Of a stretch of 64,000 bases of DNA, positions 34,054 to 46,998 are shown piece by piece (position 1 is the stretch's first letter; every line of letters starts with the position of its first letter). The position numbers and the translations under genes were made by a program. A model generated the notes under the pieces. It was not told the DNA's origin. It saw nothing but the letters and a program-made list of their open reading frames with translations, and did no database searches. Source of the stretch: Neovahlkampfia damariscottae (lineage: Eukaryota); NCBI GenBank assembly GCA_016618085.1, contig JABLTG010000111.1:1-64000 (forward strand). The letters are read 5' to 3'.

Positions 34054-34838
34054 AAATAAAAAAATTTTGTTATATAACTCACAAAAATTTTATTTAACTT
34101 GAGTTTTAGTACAATTAAACTTCACCTTGTGTAGCTATATCAGAATGTACAAGAGTGTAATAAATCAGAACAAGTGATGTCAGTGAAAACAAAGAGTTTA
34201 TTCGCCGCACAAAGCACTGAAGTGATTAGAAACTATAATTATGGAACAGTATCTGCAAGAAGAATTGATAGTTGTAGCTTGATTGAATTTTCTTTTTTTT
34301 TTGAATGTAGTCATTGACTTGAATAAAATGAATTTTGTTTTATCTTCAAACTGAATGACTCTATATTGACTTTGAAACATCACTTGAAATAATCAAGTGG
34401 GTATTGAAAAAGTCCTGAAAAAAAGTTAAAGCCTGCTTGTCTCCTTTTTCCTTTTATTTTTTTCAGTGGAAATTTTTTTTTCAAGAAATATTATGGAAAC
34501 AGCATATTTGATCCTTTGACAGAGCAACACGTGAATACTATTCTTTTATGTAGTTTGTGGAACGTTGAAAAATTTTTTCAACGTTTTTTTTTTTTTGTGA
34601 TTGATTTCATTGATGGAAAATAAAACAACCAATACAATGTCACCATTTCTACCTGAATGGATACACGAAGCACTTGAAAATCTTTACAACAGTGACCACA
34701 AGAACGTTGAATCTATTGTTGAAAAGTACTCAAAATTCTGTCCTTATGCAAAGTATATCCTCTGTGAGTAGTAGAAGCAGAAAGTCCGGCTGGGAATTTC
34801 TAATCCAATCACAATTAAATCAAATTTTGAAAAAAAAA

Positions 34839-35741
34839 ATGGGACAAACAACTTCAAACATTTCAAAAGAATATAAAATGTTATTAATGGAAAAAAAGGT
34901 GTAATTGTTGTAAAAATTGATGGAAAAACAACATCACAAAATTTAGAACCAAAGCTCCTTAAAGCCATTAAAGTCCCAATTGGAACGAAAGTAATTTTTT
35001 TTTTTTCATATTTTTAGGTCAAGAAGCTCAAGTTTTTGGTGAAATTTGTAATTCAATAAAAAAAAACAAAAGATGGAAAAGCAACTTGGGTTCCAACTGT
35101 TGTTTTTGACGTTGATGGAAAGACTTCAAAAGAAGTTATAGGACTACTTTATAAAACTGCCAAACAAATTTCATCTGATAATATTCAAGCGAGATGTATT
35201 CTTGTTTTAAGTGATGCAAATGCTTGTCTTTCCATGACTTCAGGTTTTTAATTTTTAATTTTAATTTTTTTTAGACTCTGGAAGACAAGAATATATTTGG
35301 GTTGGTGATTTTACAGATGATGAAGCAAATGATTATTTGGATAAAGTTGGTTTTACTTCTGATGGTGAAATTAGAAAAATGGTTTTAGAAAAATTTGGAA
35401 CCAAACCATTGAATCTTCGTAATCTTGTAACTTCAACTCTTAAACCTGATGAGTTCATTGAAAAACAAATTGAAGAAGATAAAGACAAAGTCAAAAGATG
35501 TGTCCAAGATGATGAAAAAACTTTAAAATTATTCAAAGACATAGTGAAGGATGAATACAAGAATGGAATGAATGAAGTCATAGCCATGGACATTATGAAG
35601 TTATCAACAGAAAAAATTGCAGATGGACCAGCAGTAAAAGGACAACATATACTTGCTTATGACATTGAAAGAAGAAGATTTAAATTTCATTCCAATTCAA
35701 TGCGTGAAGCAACTAGAAGATTTATTGAAAAAAACAAATAA
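34839..35741 (+). pseudogene. N-terminally truncated or frameshifted P-loop-ATPase-like (Tuzin/ATPase_2-like) gene
   Basis: Exons give PTVVFDV...CILVLSDANA...DSGRQEYIWVGDFTDDEANDYL. Two micro-introns, frameshifts, and no Walker A seen. Confidence 0.4.
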
Positions 35742-35809
35742 ATTTTATTTATAGTATTTTATTATTTGGGTTAAAGTAATAATAATTATATATTATAATA
35801 ATATAATTA

Positions 35810-36260
35810 TCAAGAATGGTTAAAAAATGAATTTGAAACAGAAGAAGATAGAGAACAATACAATAAAGAATATCATAAAAATTATTATGAAGAAAACAAA
35901 GATAAAATAACAGCAAATTTATATGAACTAAAACATTGTGAATGCTGCAATCAGAAAATCATGAAATCTAAAATTTTGTGAATAAATGATTGATGCTTAT
36001 TGCTTTTTTTATGTCTTGATTTATGGTTTAATGAATATTTTTCACCACACTAGCAAGTATGTTTTTCGTTTATTTTTTCTTTATTTTCTTCATAAAATTT
36101 ATTTGTCCATTTTCTTTTTGCTTCTTTTCTTTTTGGTGTTCTATTATATTCATATGCTGTTCTTGTTGGAATATATTTATTAACACAAATGAAGATATCA
36201 AAAATTTTAATCCAAAAGAACCAAAACAAAAAAAATCTTCTGGTTTCTTTTCATATTTTT
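35810..36260. pseudogene. Two convergent fragments of virus-type zinc-finger/GIY-YIG-associated proteins
   Basis: Minus strand: FWIK...CVNKYIPTRT...FYEENKEKINEKHTC*CGEKYSLNHKSRHKKSNKHQ. Plus strand: YHKNYYEENKDKITANLYELKHCECCN. Confidence 0.6.
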
Positions 36261-36344
36261 ATTAAACAGTGATTTTTTTTTGAACCAATCAAACACATTT
36301 TTTTTTTCAGCGCCAAACAACCAACCAAAAGAAAATAGAGCTTG

Positions 36345-39174
36345 ATGGAAGAAACCATAGTGAAAGAAGAAACAAAACCTTTAAAATTGAATAAAACATT
36401 AGTCAGTGATAAAGCAGGAAAAGCTATTTCCGCTCTTTTCAAAGAATTTCTGGAAACGTTTGAAAAAAAAAATTAATTTCTTTTTTAGACTTTTGAACTC
36501 TTCTGATTTTCAAACAGAGGAAACAAAATCAAAACAAGACTATAAAAAACAATTCTATCAAATTAGTAACCGTCAAAAAAATACTTTGTTGATTGATTTT
36601 CAACACTTAAAAGAATTTGATGATGAATTAGCAGACCAAATACAATCAGAATATTACAGATTTGAACCTTTTCTTCAAGAAGTTATTAGAGAAATCATAC
36701 ACAATGACTTTCCAAACAAAGATGAAATGGAAGAAAATGTAATTGAATGTTGGTTGTCTTTCACTAATTTAGCTCATTGTCACAAGTAAAAAAATGAAAA
36801 CTAAATATTTTTGAATAGGTTACGTAGTTTAAAAACAGATAAAGTTGGAAAATTAACTACAGTTAGTGGTACAGTCACAAGAACTTCAGAAGTAAGACCA
36901 GAACTTTTACATGGTGTTTTTATCTGTTTGGAATGTGGAAGTTTTTCAGAACCTGTGGAACAACAATTCAAATATACTGAACCTGTTATTTGTTTTAATC
37001 CACATTGCAATAATAAAAGAAAATGGGAATTAGATTTAGAAAAGAGCATATTTTCAGATTGGCAAAGAGTTAGAGTTCAAGAAAATACAAATGAAATACC
37101 TCCTGGTAGTATGCCACGTTCATTTGATATGATCTTAAGAAATGAATGTGTGGAACAAGCAAAAGCTGGTGATAAATGTTTCTTCACGGGCACTTTGATT
37201 GTTGTTCCTGATGTGAAGAAGATGTTTTCAGAAAATGTTGAGTCTCGAGTTATGCATGTTCCAACTGGTACTTCAGAAACAGAAACAGGCTCACAAGGAT
37301 CAAAAAATAAAGATAAAGGAACTTGGGCTCCAAATGAAGGTTTAACAGGTTTAAAAGTGTTGGGTGTGAGAGATTTAAATTATAAAATGTGCTTTCTAAC
37401 AAATTCAATTGAATTAATTGAAGGAACAAAAGTTAGTCAAACAGAAGATACCACACATTCTTTAATTTCATCATTGACACCTGATGAATTGTCAAAGATC
37501 ATTTTGATGTCAAAAGAAAAGAATTTACTTGAAAAATTGACAAAGAGTATTGCACCTACAGTATATGGTCATGAAAATGTGAAGAAAGGAATTTTATTAA
37601 TGGTAGTAGGAGGTGTTCATAAAACAACAGTTGAAGGTATCAATTTACGTGGAGATTTGAATGTATGTATTGTGGGTGATCCATCAACAAGTAAAAGTCA
37701 ATTTCTGAAGTATGTTTCAAATCTAATTCCTAGATCAGTGTATACCAGTGGAAAAGCGTCAAGCGCTTCTGGTTTAACAGCATCTGTTATCAAAGGACAA
37801 GAAACAGGAGAGTTTTCAATTGAAGCCGGTGCTTTGATGTTAGCAGATAATGGTGTTTGTTGTATTGATGAATTTGATAAAATGGATATTAAAGATCAGG
37901 TGGCAATTCATGAATCTATGGAACAACAAACTATTTCTATTGCTAAAGCTGGTATTAGAGCAACATTAAATGCAAGAGCATCTATTTTAGCTGCTGCGAA
38001 TCCAATAGGGGGACGTTATAACCCAAAGAAAACTTTAAAAGCAAATTTAGGAATTTCACCTCCAATTATGTCAAGATTTGATTTATTTTTTATAGTTCAG
38101 GATCATTGTAATGAAATAATTGACGGTGAAATTGCAAGACATATTGTTGGAGTTCATCAACAATTGGAGGATAGTATTAGTGCTGAATTTTCATTGGATG
38201 AACTTAAACTTTACATTAGATATTGCAAAACATTAAAACCTCAATTATCAGATGACGCAAAACAATTGTTAATAGATTCATACCGCAAATTAAGACAATC
38301 TGATAAAAGTGGTTCTAACTCTTATAGAATTACTGTCAGACAATTGGAGTCGTTGATTCGTCTAAGTGAAGCATTAGCAAAAATACACTTAGAATCAACT
38401 GTAACACCACAACATGTTCAAGAAGCTGTTAACTTATTAAAGAAATCAATTTTGAAAGTTGATAAAGATCCAATTCAAATTAATGATGATGAAGAGTACT
38501 GGGATAATAGAAGAAAAGAAAATCAAAAAGAAACACGTTTGAATTTAATTAATGAAATCAAAACTCGTAAAAGAGAAAAAGAAGAATCAATGAAAAAATC
38601 AAGAGATATTTTAGATGAAATGAATGAAACACTTCTTCAAATTGAAGAAGATATTCCAAATGCAAATGATGAAGATTTAGCTAAATTATTAATAATCAAA
38701 GAACAAACTGAGTCTAATATTGAAGATTACACGACAGTCTTGGAAACTTTACAACAACAAATATTAGAATTGAAAGATCGTCTATTAACAGAATCACAAG
38801 ATTTAGAAGTTTTGGATGGTATGGATGAAGAAGATGAAGATGAACAACCAAAAAAGAAAAAAAGAATTGAAAAGAAACAGATCAATTTATCGTATGATGA
38901 ATATGTAATGATTTCAAATAAATTGGTATTTGGAATTAGAAAAAATGAAGAATTGAAAGATACAGAAGGTGTCAAAAAAATTGATATTATTAATTGGTAT
39001 ATTGATCAATCAGATGAAATGTTGACTACCTCAGAAACATCACAAAAAATTAAACTTTTGAAACATATTATTGATCGTTTAGTGGTTCAAGATAATGTTT
39101 TAATCGATTTGGATGTTGGTTCAAAAATAGATGATTTAGAGCATGTCATTATTGTAAATCCAAATTATGAATAA
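36345..39174 (+). CDS. MCM6: DNA replication licensing factor MCM6
   Basis: Motifs VTRTSEVRPEL, GSMPRS, GDPSTSKSQFL, IDEFDKMD and SRFD. Two 5' micro-introns. Confidence 0.96.
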
Positions 39175-39225
39175 ATGAATCAATTCTGTTGGTTGATTTT
39201 TTTTGTCCAATCATTTTCTTTTTTA

Positions 39226-40981
39226 ATGAAGAAGGAAGTGAAAAAATTTTTCAAATTATGTCATGTTGATAAAACGACAAGAAATTTCATCAAGTCACCT
39301 CTGATACACTCAAAAGTATTTATTTTTGCTGTTTATTTTTTATTTTTTAGAAACCTGATTTTTTATTCCAAACTAATGTAATTTCTTATTTTTTTGTAAC
39401 TTTTTTTTTTAGAAAATGGAAGAAGATACATCCATTAATGAAGAAAAGAGCTTGAAAAAAGAAAAAAAAAGTGACCATGTTGAAATGTTAAAAATGTTTT
39501 CCAATGAGAGTTTCACTTATTTGTTGTCTGTAAAAAAAATTTTTGACATAGGTGATTTGAAAAAAGTTGAAGAGATATTTAATGAAATGATTGAAAAAAA
39601 TATTGCACCAGAACAAACTCAATTCATGCAGTTGCTTATTGAGTTGATAAAATCTAATAATTTTACAAAAATTGAAGAGTTGAAGAAGAAATATTTTTCA
39701 GTTTCTGATTTCGATAAAATGAATTATACAGCTTTTATTAATGCATTGATGGTTCACAAAAAATATGACAAAGTTGAAGAATGCTATCTTGAAATGTTTG
39801 AAAAAAAAATAATTCCGGCTATTGGTCAATTTAACAATTTTTTGAAAATTTTAGTTGATGAAATCAGTTTAGAAACTGCTCATAATTTAGCTTTAAATCT
39901 TAAGAGTTTTACAACTGTTGATGAATATTCCTACTCTATTATTATTCAAGGATACACAAATGAAAGAAATTTCACAAAAGTAGAAGAGATTTTTCAAGAA
40001 ATTTATGATTTGAATCTAAAATGTTCACTTCCATTATTCAATATTTTCATTAAAATGTTGATCAATTCTGGAAAATTGGACAAAGCACTTGAATTATTTG
40101 AACAGTTCAAACCAAGATTTTCATATGGAGCTAGTACATACGTTATTTTAATCAGAGGTCTTTTATTTTCGAAATCACGTTCAATATTTGATAAATATGA
40201 AAAAATGGATGATTTAGTAAATGAAATGATACAAAAGGATTTTAAACCTACTTCCAAACATCTTACAATCTTTGGAAAGCAATTAATCAATTTGGGTGAA
40301 TTGGAAAAAGCAAAAAACCTTGCTTTTCAATTTTCAGATATTACAGATGAAAAATATTTCAAGAATTTAGTTTATGCTTATCTAAATTCGAAACAATATG
40401 AACAAGTTGAAAAGTTCATTTTTGAATCTAAAGAAAAAACAAACCAAAAACCAAAAACATCAATATTCACCATATTCTTACAAGACTATAGTAACAATAA
40501 TTCCATTGAAGAGACTGAAAGAATCTTCAAAAAATTCAGAAACGTCATAGACTATGATCATATCACTTTTTCACAAATGATTCAAATTTACATGAAATCT
40601 GAAAAATTGGATGAAATTAATCAATTATTTAATGAAATTATTGATAGAAATATGGAAATCATCATTTTTCAATTCAACTATTTTTTAGAAAAATGGCTTG
40701 AAAAAAGGGAAATTGGACCCATAGAAAATTTATTAAAAAAAGTTGAAAATTTGGATGAATATTCATATAAAATATTAATGAAACACTACTTTGAACTGAA
40801 TGAAATTGAAAAACTTGAGAATTTACACAAAAATTTGACGAAAGAAAATTTAAAAAATTCTCTTTATCGATTGATCTTAATAAAGTTGATTGACTTGAAA
40901 AAAATAAAAGAAATCAATGAAGAAACATTAAAAAAGGTAAAAAGAGATGATGGTTCTTTAAATTTGAAACAATTTTTTTAA
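39226..40981 (+). CDS. Pentatricopeptide repeat protein, probably mitochondrial
   Basis: About 35-aa helical repeats such as DEYSYSIIIQGY...VEEIFQEI and DHITFSQMIQIY. Two short 5' exons are inferred upstream of the track ORF at 39416. Confidence 0.75.
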
Positions 40982-41134
40982 ATGAACTTTTTATTTGAAA
41001 TATTTAGCCAAAAAAATGAAATATTATATTTTTGAATTTCCTTCTCAAAAAAATGGAATTTATTTTCCCTTGAAATATTGTCCAATACTTTACTTTGATT
41101 TTCGTCCAATCAGTTTTATTTCTCATCCGGTAAA

Positions 41135-42050
41135 ATGAACACTGAACTATTAGAAACTTTAAACAACCTCAATGAAAGATTACACAAAGGTGAATTCTTT
41201 GCTTTATTGTTTTGGAACCATTCCTTCATTATTGCAAATATTGTGTATTCATGCCTTCAAGACTCAAAAAAAAAAGAAGATCCACCTTTATTGGTAGCTA
41301 TCCTAACCATGTTGACTCTTGGTTTAGGCGGAGCTATCATCAACTCATTTTTAATGGGAAAACCACAAATGTAAGAATTTGAAATCAATATTTTTTATTC
41401 TCAGTTTTTTTGATGATGATTTGATTTTAGGAGCTTTCTTTGTTGCCTGGGTTCTTGTTTGTTACTTTCCTTTTGGTATTGTTCGTTTTCTCACTGGAAA
41501 TTTTGTCGTTGAATTTTTATCACATATTCCACAAGGATTTTTTGTTGGAACTGTAATTATTGGAGCTGTTGATACAGCAATGAAAGTGTACCCACATTCA
41601 AACTTTGCTCCTGTAATTTTTAACATTTTTTTTTTCTCAATTTTTGAAAGGTGATTATCGGAACTATTGGAGGTTGTGGAGGTGGTATTCTTTTACCATA
41701 TGTTTTAGCACAATATCATTCATTAAAAGATTACCATACTGAATTACAAAATCCAACACTGTTCGTTTAAACTAAACAAAATCATTTTTAACATTTTTAA
41801 AAAAAGTGGAACTATTTTACCATTCATTTTGGCTTTATTTTATTTTCTTTCACAAAAATTAGGATACTCAGATGTTTATGGATTCAAACCTATTTATATT
41901 GTTGAACTTGGCTCTATTTTCTTGTTTTTATATTTTTGGGCAATGAAATGGGTTGCTCCACTATTAGTTGCAGCTGAAAAAAAAGAAGCAAAAAAAGAAT
42001 CTGCACCAAAAAAAGAAGCTAAAAAAAAAGAAACAAAAAAAAATAAATAA
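41135..42050 (+). CDS. Trimeric intracellular cation channel (TRIC/TMEM38-like)
   Basis: Duplicated glycine motifs GLGGAII...LMG and GTIGGCGGGIL. Three micro-introns and a C-terminal KKNK. Confidence 0.7.
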
Positions 42051-42120
42051 ATTCCACAACTTTTTTGATTTGTCAATTAAAACTCCCAAAGCATCTTTTT
42101 GTTGTTGAAAAGAAGAAGAA

Positions 42121-42414
42121 ATGAAAAAATTTATAATATTTATGATTCTGTTATTCATCTGTTTTGCTTTGTCAAATGGTGAAGAAACAAAGAAAACTGA
42201 AGAAAATAGTGAACAACAAATTCAAGAAAATGAAAACATTGAAAAAAAAGAGTCCTCAGATGGTTCTGTTGGTTCAGCAATTTCAAATGATGCAAATTAT
42301 CATTCTTTTGAATATGAAGAAGATGAAGATGAAAACCATCCAGAAGTTGATAAATCAAAGTTACCAAAAGGAAATATTCTTGAAGAACGTATTATTTTGA
42401 AAGATGAATTATAA
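42121..42414 (+). CDS. Small acidic ER-lumenal protein (signal peptide and KDEL)
   Basis: MKKFIIFMILLFICFALS signal peptide and C-terminal KDEL*. Confidence 0.7.
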   Translation: MKKFIIFMILLFICFALSNGEETKKTEENSEQQIQENENIEKKESSDGSVGSAISNDANYHSFEYEEDEDENHPEVDKSKLPKGNILEERIILKDEL

Positions 42415-42421
42415 AACTTTA

Positions 42422-43066
42422 TTATAGTTTACATTTCAATTTATTTAACTTTTGAAAGGTGAATTGGATTTTAAAATTCTTTAAATGTTGAAATCCATCA
42501 TGTTTGTCAACATAGATTTCATTTAAAATTTTGTTACCCATGTTTCTTGCTAATTTGATACCAACAGGACTTAATGCTTCAACTAAAAGATAATTATAGC
42601 CTAAATTTCGAGAATGATCAACGACCCATTTCAAAGAATGAATCGCAATACCATTTTTTAAGTGATTTTTAGAAACTCCAGAATCTACCAATTTGACAAT
42701 ATCTTTTGGTCTAATTTTCTCTTTATAATTTTTTAATGGTATCTCTAAATCCTCAAGTAAGTTATTGTATTTTTTTATTGAAGGATGTTTCATGATTCGA
42801 CGTTCAATTTCTGATTCTTCAGAAGTATAGTCTTTAAGAAGCATATACCCGACCATTTGATTTGTTATAGTATCTCTTATAATTACAGATAAATTATTCT
42901 TTGTTATTTCGTCAATCATAGCACTATTCCAATCATGATAAGTCTTATCATCAATCATCTCATCAATTGGATTTTTCACATCATCCAGAAGAAATAAAAG
43001 TTCTTTCTTATCTTTAGACGTCAATGTATAGTAATTAAATTGTTTATAACTATGTAACACATTCAT
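42422..43066 (-). CDS. GNAT (AANAT-like) acetyltransferase with PTS1-like C-terminus (CKL)
   Basis: Motifs GVSKNHLKNGIA and VEALSP...GNK. The start is probably 43066 rather than 43132. Confidence 0.65.
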   Translation of the reverse strand: MNVLHSYKQFNYYTLTSKDKKELLFLLDDVKNPIDEMIDDKTYHDWNSAMIDEITKNNLSVIIRDTITNQMVGYMLLKDYTSEESEIERRIMKHPSIKKYNNLLEDLEIPLKNYKEKIRPKDIVKLVDSGVSKNHLKNGIAIHSLKWVVDHSRNLGYNYLLVEALSPVGIKLARNMGNKILNEIYVDKHDGFQHLKNFKIQFTFQKLNKLKCKL

Positions 43067-43130
43067 AAGTACACGTGGATTATTTATTTTTAGAACAAGA
43101 CAACCAATCATTTTATCTTTCAAATTGAGC

Positions 43131-44714
43131 ATGATTTTTCAGCTGGCATCAGTGTTTCTGGTTCTCTTCTGTTTGATGTTAGTAAGAAAAACCAACATGT
43201 TAATCATTTAGTTATACTTCTACTTGATACATTACTTGGAAGTAAAAAGAGTTTGTTCAATTCCTTCAACTTTTTCTTCTTGGAATTTTTTGAACGCACC
43301 TGACATTACACTATTTGACTTTCAAAAAGAATCAGTCAAAAAATGTGGAAAAATGTTTAGATGGACAGGAGGACCTTTCACTATTGTTGGAATAGCGTAA
43401 GAATTTTTTTTTTTGACTTAATTCTTTATTGGTGATCCAACCATAGCAAAAGAAGTTTTGATTCAAAAATCAAGATATTTTGACCGAGCAAAAGAAGGAA
43501 CAGATAATTATGATCCGATTTATGAGCACAATGTCTTTAGTTCAAATGGAGAAGAATGGAAAAGATATAAAACCCTTTTATCACCTGGATTTTCAGAATT
43601 TAATTTAAAACTTATTTTTGAGAATCATATACATGAATCAACTAATGAGTTGTGCACTATGTGGAATGATAAAATTAACCAAGGAAAAAATTTGTTGAAT
43701 GTGTCAAACTTTATGAAAGAGTTGGCTTTGGATATTATAGGATCAGCAGGTTTTGGAATTAAATTAAATGCTGTAAAGAACAATGATATGAAGATTATGA
43801 CTTGGACTCGAAAATGGGTTCGTGCTTTACAATTTACAGCGTTGATACCTCCATCACTTCATTATTATACGATTCTGGGAATTTTCACAGTCATGAAAGA
43901 ATTTTATGATGTGAGTAAACAATTTAGAGAATTATTGACTGGTATAATAAATGAAAGAAAAGAAGAATTGGTTAAATCAAGTGAAGAAAAATTTGATTTA
44001 TTGTCTAGGATGATTTTGGCATCAGATGATGAATATCATCAATTAAAACATCATGAATTAATGGGAAACGCTCATGTTTTACTAGTTGCTGGTCATGAAG
44101 TAAATTTTTAAATCATTTTTATTTACAGTTTTTAGACAACTGCAAATTTATTACAATGGTGTTTCTACTTTTTAGCTAAATTTCCGGAGGTGAGAAAAAA
44201 AGTTCAAAAGGAAATTGATGAGTCAAATTATGATGTTACAAAACCATTATCTTACGAAGATTACCAAAAAGGCTTCAGTTATGTCAAAGCAGTAATGAAT
44301 GAATCCTTGAGATTGAAACCACCTGCGAATGTGATTGGAAGATTAACGAAGAAGGATGTAAATATAGGTGGGTATAATATACCACAAGATGTTGATGTTT
44401 GGATTTTAATTAGATGCCTCCATGAAGATGAAACTTATTGGGGGAAAGATGTTTTGGAATTTCGACCAGATAGATTTTTGGAACGAAAAATTGATCCTTA
44501 TTATTTTATTCCATTTGGATTTGGAGCAAGAAAATGTATGGGAATGAAATTTGCTGAAATGGAAGCTACATTGATGTTGATAAAAGCTATGAAATTGTTT
44601 GATTGTTTCATACCAAAAGGAAAAGAAAGTATGTTGAGTGAAGAAATACAAGAATTTTTCTTGCAACCAAAGTATGACATTGAACTTAATTTTGAGCACA
44701 GACCCACTTTTTGA
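43131..44714 (+). CDS. Cytochrome P450
   Basis: N-terminal TM helix, AGHE/TT (intron 44100-44135), ESLR, PDRF and the heme motif FGFGARKCMG. Confidence 0.95.
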
Positions 44715-44832
44715 ATATCTACACAGGATTTCAATAAAAATTATTCCCCCTATTCGAGAAAATGATCAGCACCATTCACCACAATGACAACCTTTTTCAA
44801 TTTTTAATTTGTCCAAAAAGAAAAAGAATATT

Positions 44833-44914
44833 TGATTACTGTGGGGTTCGAACCCACGCCCACGAATGGACAGGAACCTTAATCCTGCGCCTTGGACCGC
44901 TCGGCCAAGTAACC
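44833..44914 (-). tRNA. tRNA-Leu(AAG)
   Basis: GGTTACTTGGCCGAGCGGTCCAAGGCGCAGGATTAAGGTTCCTG...GTTCGAACCCCACAGTAATCA, with a long variable arm. Confidence 0.95.
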
Positions 44915-44972
44915 TTTTTATGTTGGTGTTTGAAAATTGTAGATCTGTAATTTAATTTTAGGAGGTTTTAAA

Positions 44973-45024
44973 ATTTGGTTGGAACAACATCTCATCGAAA
45001 TAGAAGATGTTGTCCCAACCAAAT
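44973..45024. repeat. Hairpin with 20-bp arms and a 12-nt loop
   Basis: ATTTGGTTGGAACAACATCT pairs with AGATGTTGTCCCAACCAAAT, one mismatch. Confidence 0.85.
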
Positions 45025-45053
45025 GTTCATAAATTAAATTACAACGAAAATAT

Positions 45054-46229
45054 TTATTTACAACCATTTAAATGTTCTACTATTCGTGCGATGAACTTTT
45101 TTATGTTTTCATTTTTTAAAGCATTAGGATAATTGAACTTGTAATCTGTTGGAATCAAAGGTTGTACAACTTTCTTGAAATCTGAAAATTTAGAATCAAA
45201 TTGAATCAAAATATTATAATTAACCATGAAATATTGAGCAACAATAAAATGAATTATTAAATAAGGATACAACCTGCTCATTAGAATAATCCAATTGGCT
45301 CTGGAAGTGTTCTTTGAGTCTTTTGTTTTTGCTAAACCTCTGATGAAGTCATGAATTTCTCTCGCACAAGAGCATGTTCTTTTGCAATGAGATTGATTTT
45401 GATAGTGATTTTCCAAAATTGGAAATATTGAAATAGCTTCAGCATTCCAAAGAAAATTCTTTGATGGATCAATATCTCTATTATCTGGTAAAGATTTTGA
45501 TGTATTTAATTGTGAAAAGTTAAAATTTGTGCACAACAACGTTGACTTGATTTTGATGTAGTAATTGTTTGATAGTTTAAAGGGAACTACAATAAATAAC
45601 GAAAGCACTTCTTTTTGAATTAATACACCTTTACATTTTGAGGAGTTGCAATTGCATATTTCCAATTTCTCTTGGAAAACATGAGGAACAGTTATTTTTT
45701 CATATTGAAGAATGGTATTCAATGTTTCTACTTGAACAAAAGTTGTTGCAGAATCTTCAACAATATTGAATTTTGAATTTGGTGTGCATGAAAAACTCAA
45801 CTGTGGTTTTCTCCCATCTGTAGAATTGACAAAGTTAATAGTATCTTTCAAGAAATTAAAATTCCGTGGTTAAATTCACTTACCATATTTAAAAATAACA
45901 GTCTTTTTAACTTTGGATAACTCACCTAAAGTGAAGTTGATTCCAGCAGGCAACTCTTCAGAGGCATAAAATTCATTTGAAGATGAAAGGTCAACTGAAA
46001 CGCTTTGTAGTGTGTTTGTTTCGTTTTTTTTTGTTTTTTCATTTTTAATATTGGTTTTCGGTTTTTTGATGACTGGTTCGTCTTTAGCATCCAGATGGTG
46101 TTTTTTGTTTTGGTTTGTCAAAGTGTTTGTTTTAGTTTCATGAAGTAAATCAATGTTTTTGAAGTAAAAAACGGGTGGTTCTACCTTGATAGTTGGTTCT
46201 ATGAGGTGTAGTTTTTCTGTGCTGTTCAT
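45054..46229 (-). CDS. Hypothetical protein (two exons)
   Basis: ORFs joined by intron 45845-45883. Contains Cys/His clusters and an NLS-like PVIKKPK. Confidence 0.65.
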
Positions 46230-46998
46230 AATCTTCTTGTTCAAAATTAGTATGTCTCATGATTGGTTGAGTCACTCTCTTATCCAATGAATTTCATCGA
46301 AGAATGATTCAAATTGAGAAAACTTACTGTTTAAACATTTTTTGAAGAAATAATTCAATAAAAATCAACGTCCATCAACAAGAAACCCACCAATAGAAGA
46401 GAAGTTAAAAAGAAAAACTACCAATAATAGAAGTTTCTAAAATGGAAGTTATTTAATATTCTGCCAATACCAATATTTTCAACCATTCACAATTTCTAGC
46501 AACTCTGATAAGTGTTTGCCTAAATCAAACAAAAAATACTTCCAAACGAGGAATTGTGGAATTAACTATTGACAAAATAATGATCCAGCACTTTCAAAGA
46601 AACTATGTGTATTAACAACAAATACCCTTGATTTTTTTTGGAATTTGGATTCGAGAAAAGTGGAAAAAATGGAGAAGCAATTTTTTTATATTTTCAGATT
46701 CTGTTATCACTTTTTCAAACATTTAAGTCACAATTTGGACAGAAAAATTGTTGCGCACATTTTAAATACCTGATGATTCCAAATAAAAATTATTGGTCAA
46801 TGGATTTTATTTTTTTCAAAATTGAACCTCACTTTTCACTGAAAAAGGAGAACTAGTGATATTGGTGATTTCTATTGCGGAGATGGAATATCTCACTTCA
46901 TAAAATAGCCAAAAGTAATTAGTTGAGGATAAAGTTACAAAAAAAGAGATTTTATTGTTTGAAGAAAATTTGTGTTTTCATTTTCAAGCAAAAGAGAA

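Noticed and set aside
43066..43133. Divergent genes sharing overlapping start codons (CATG at 43130-43133)
   Set aside because: The GNAT gene more plausibly starts at 43066, leaving a CCAAT-containing gap.
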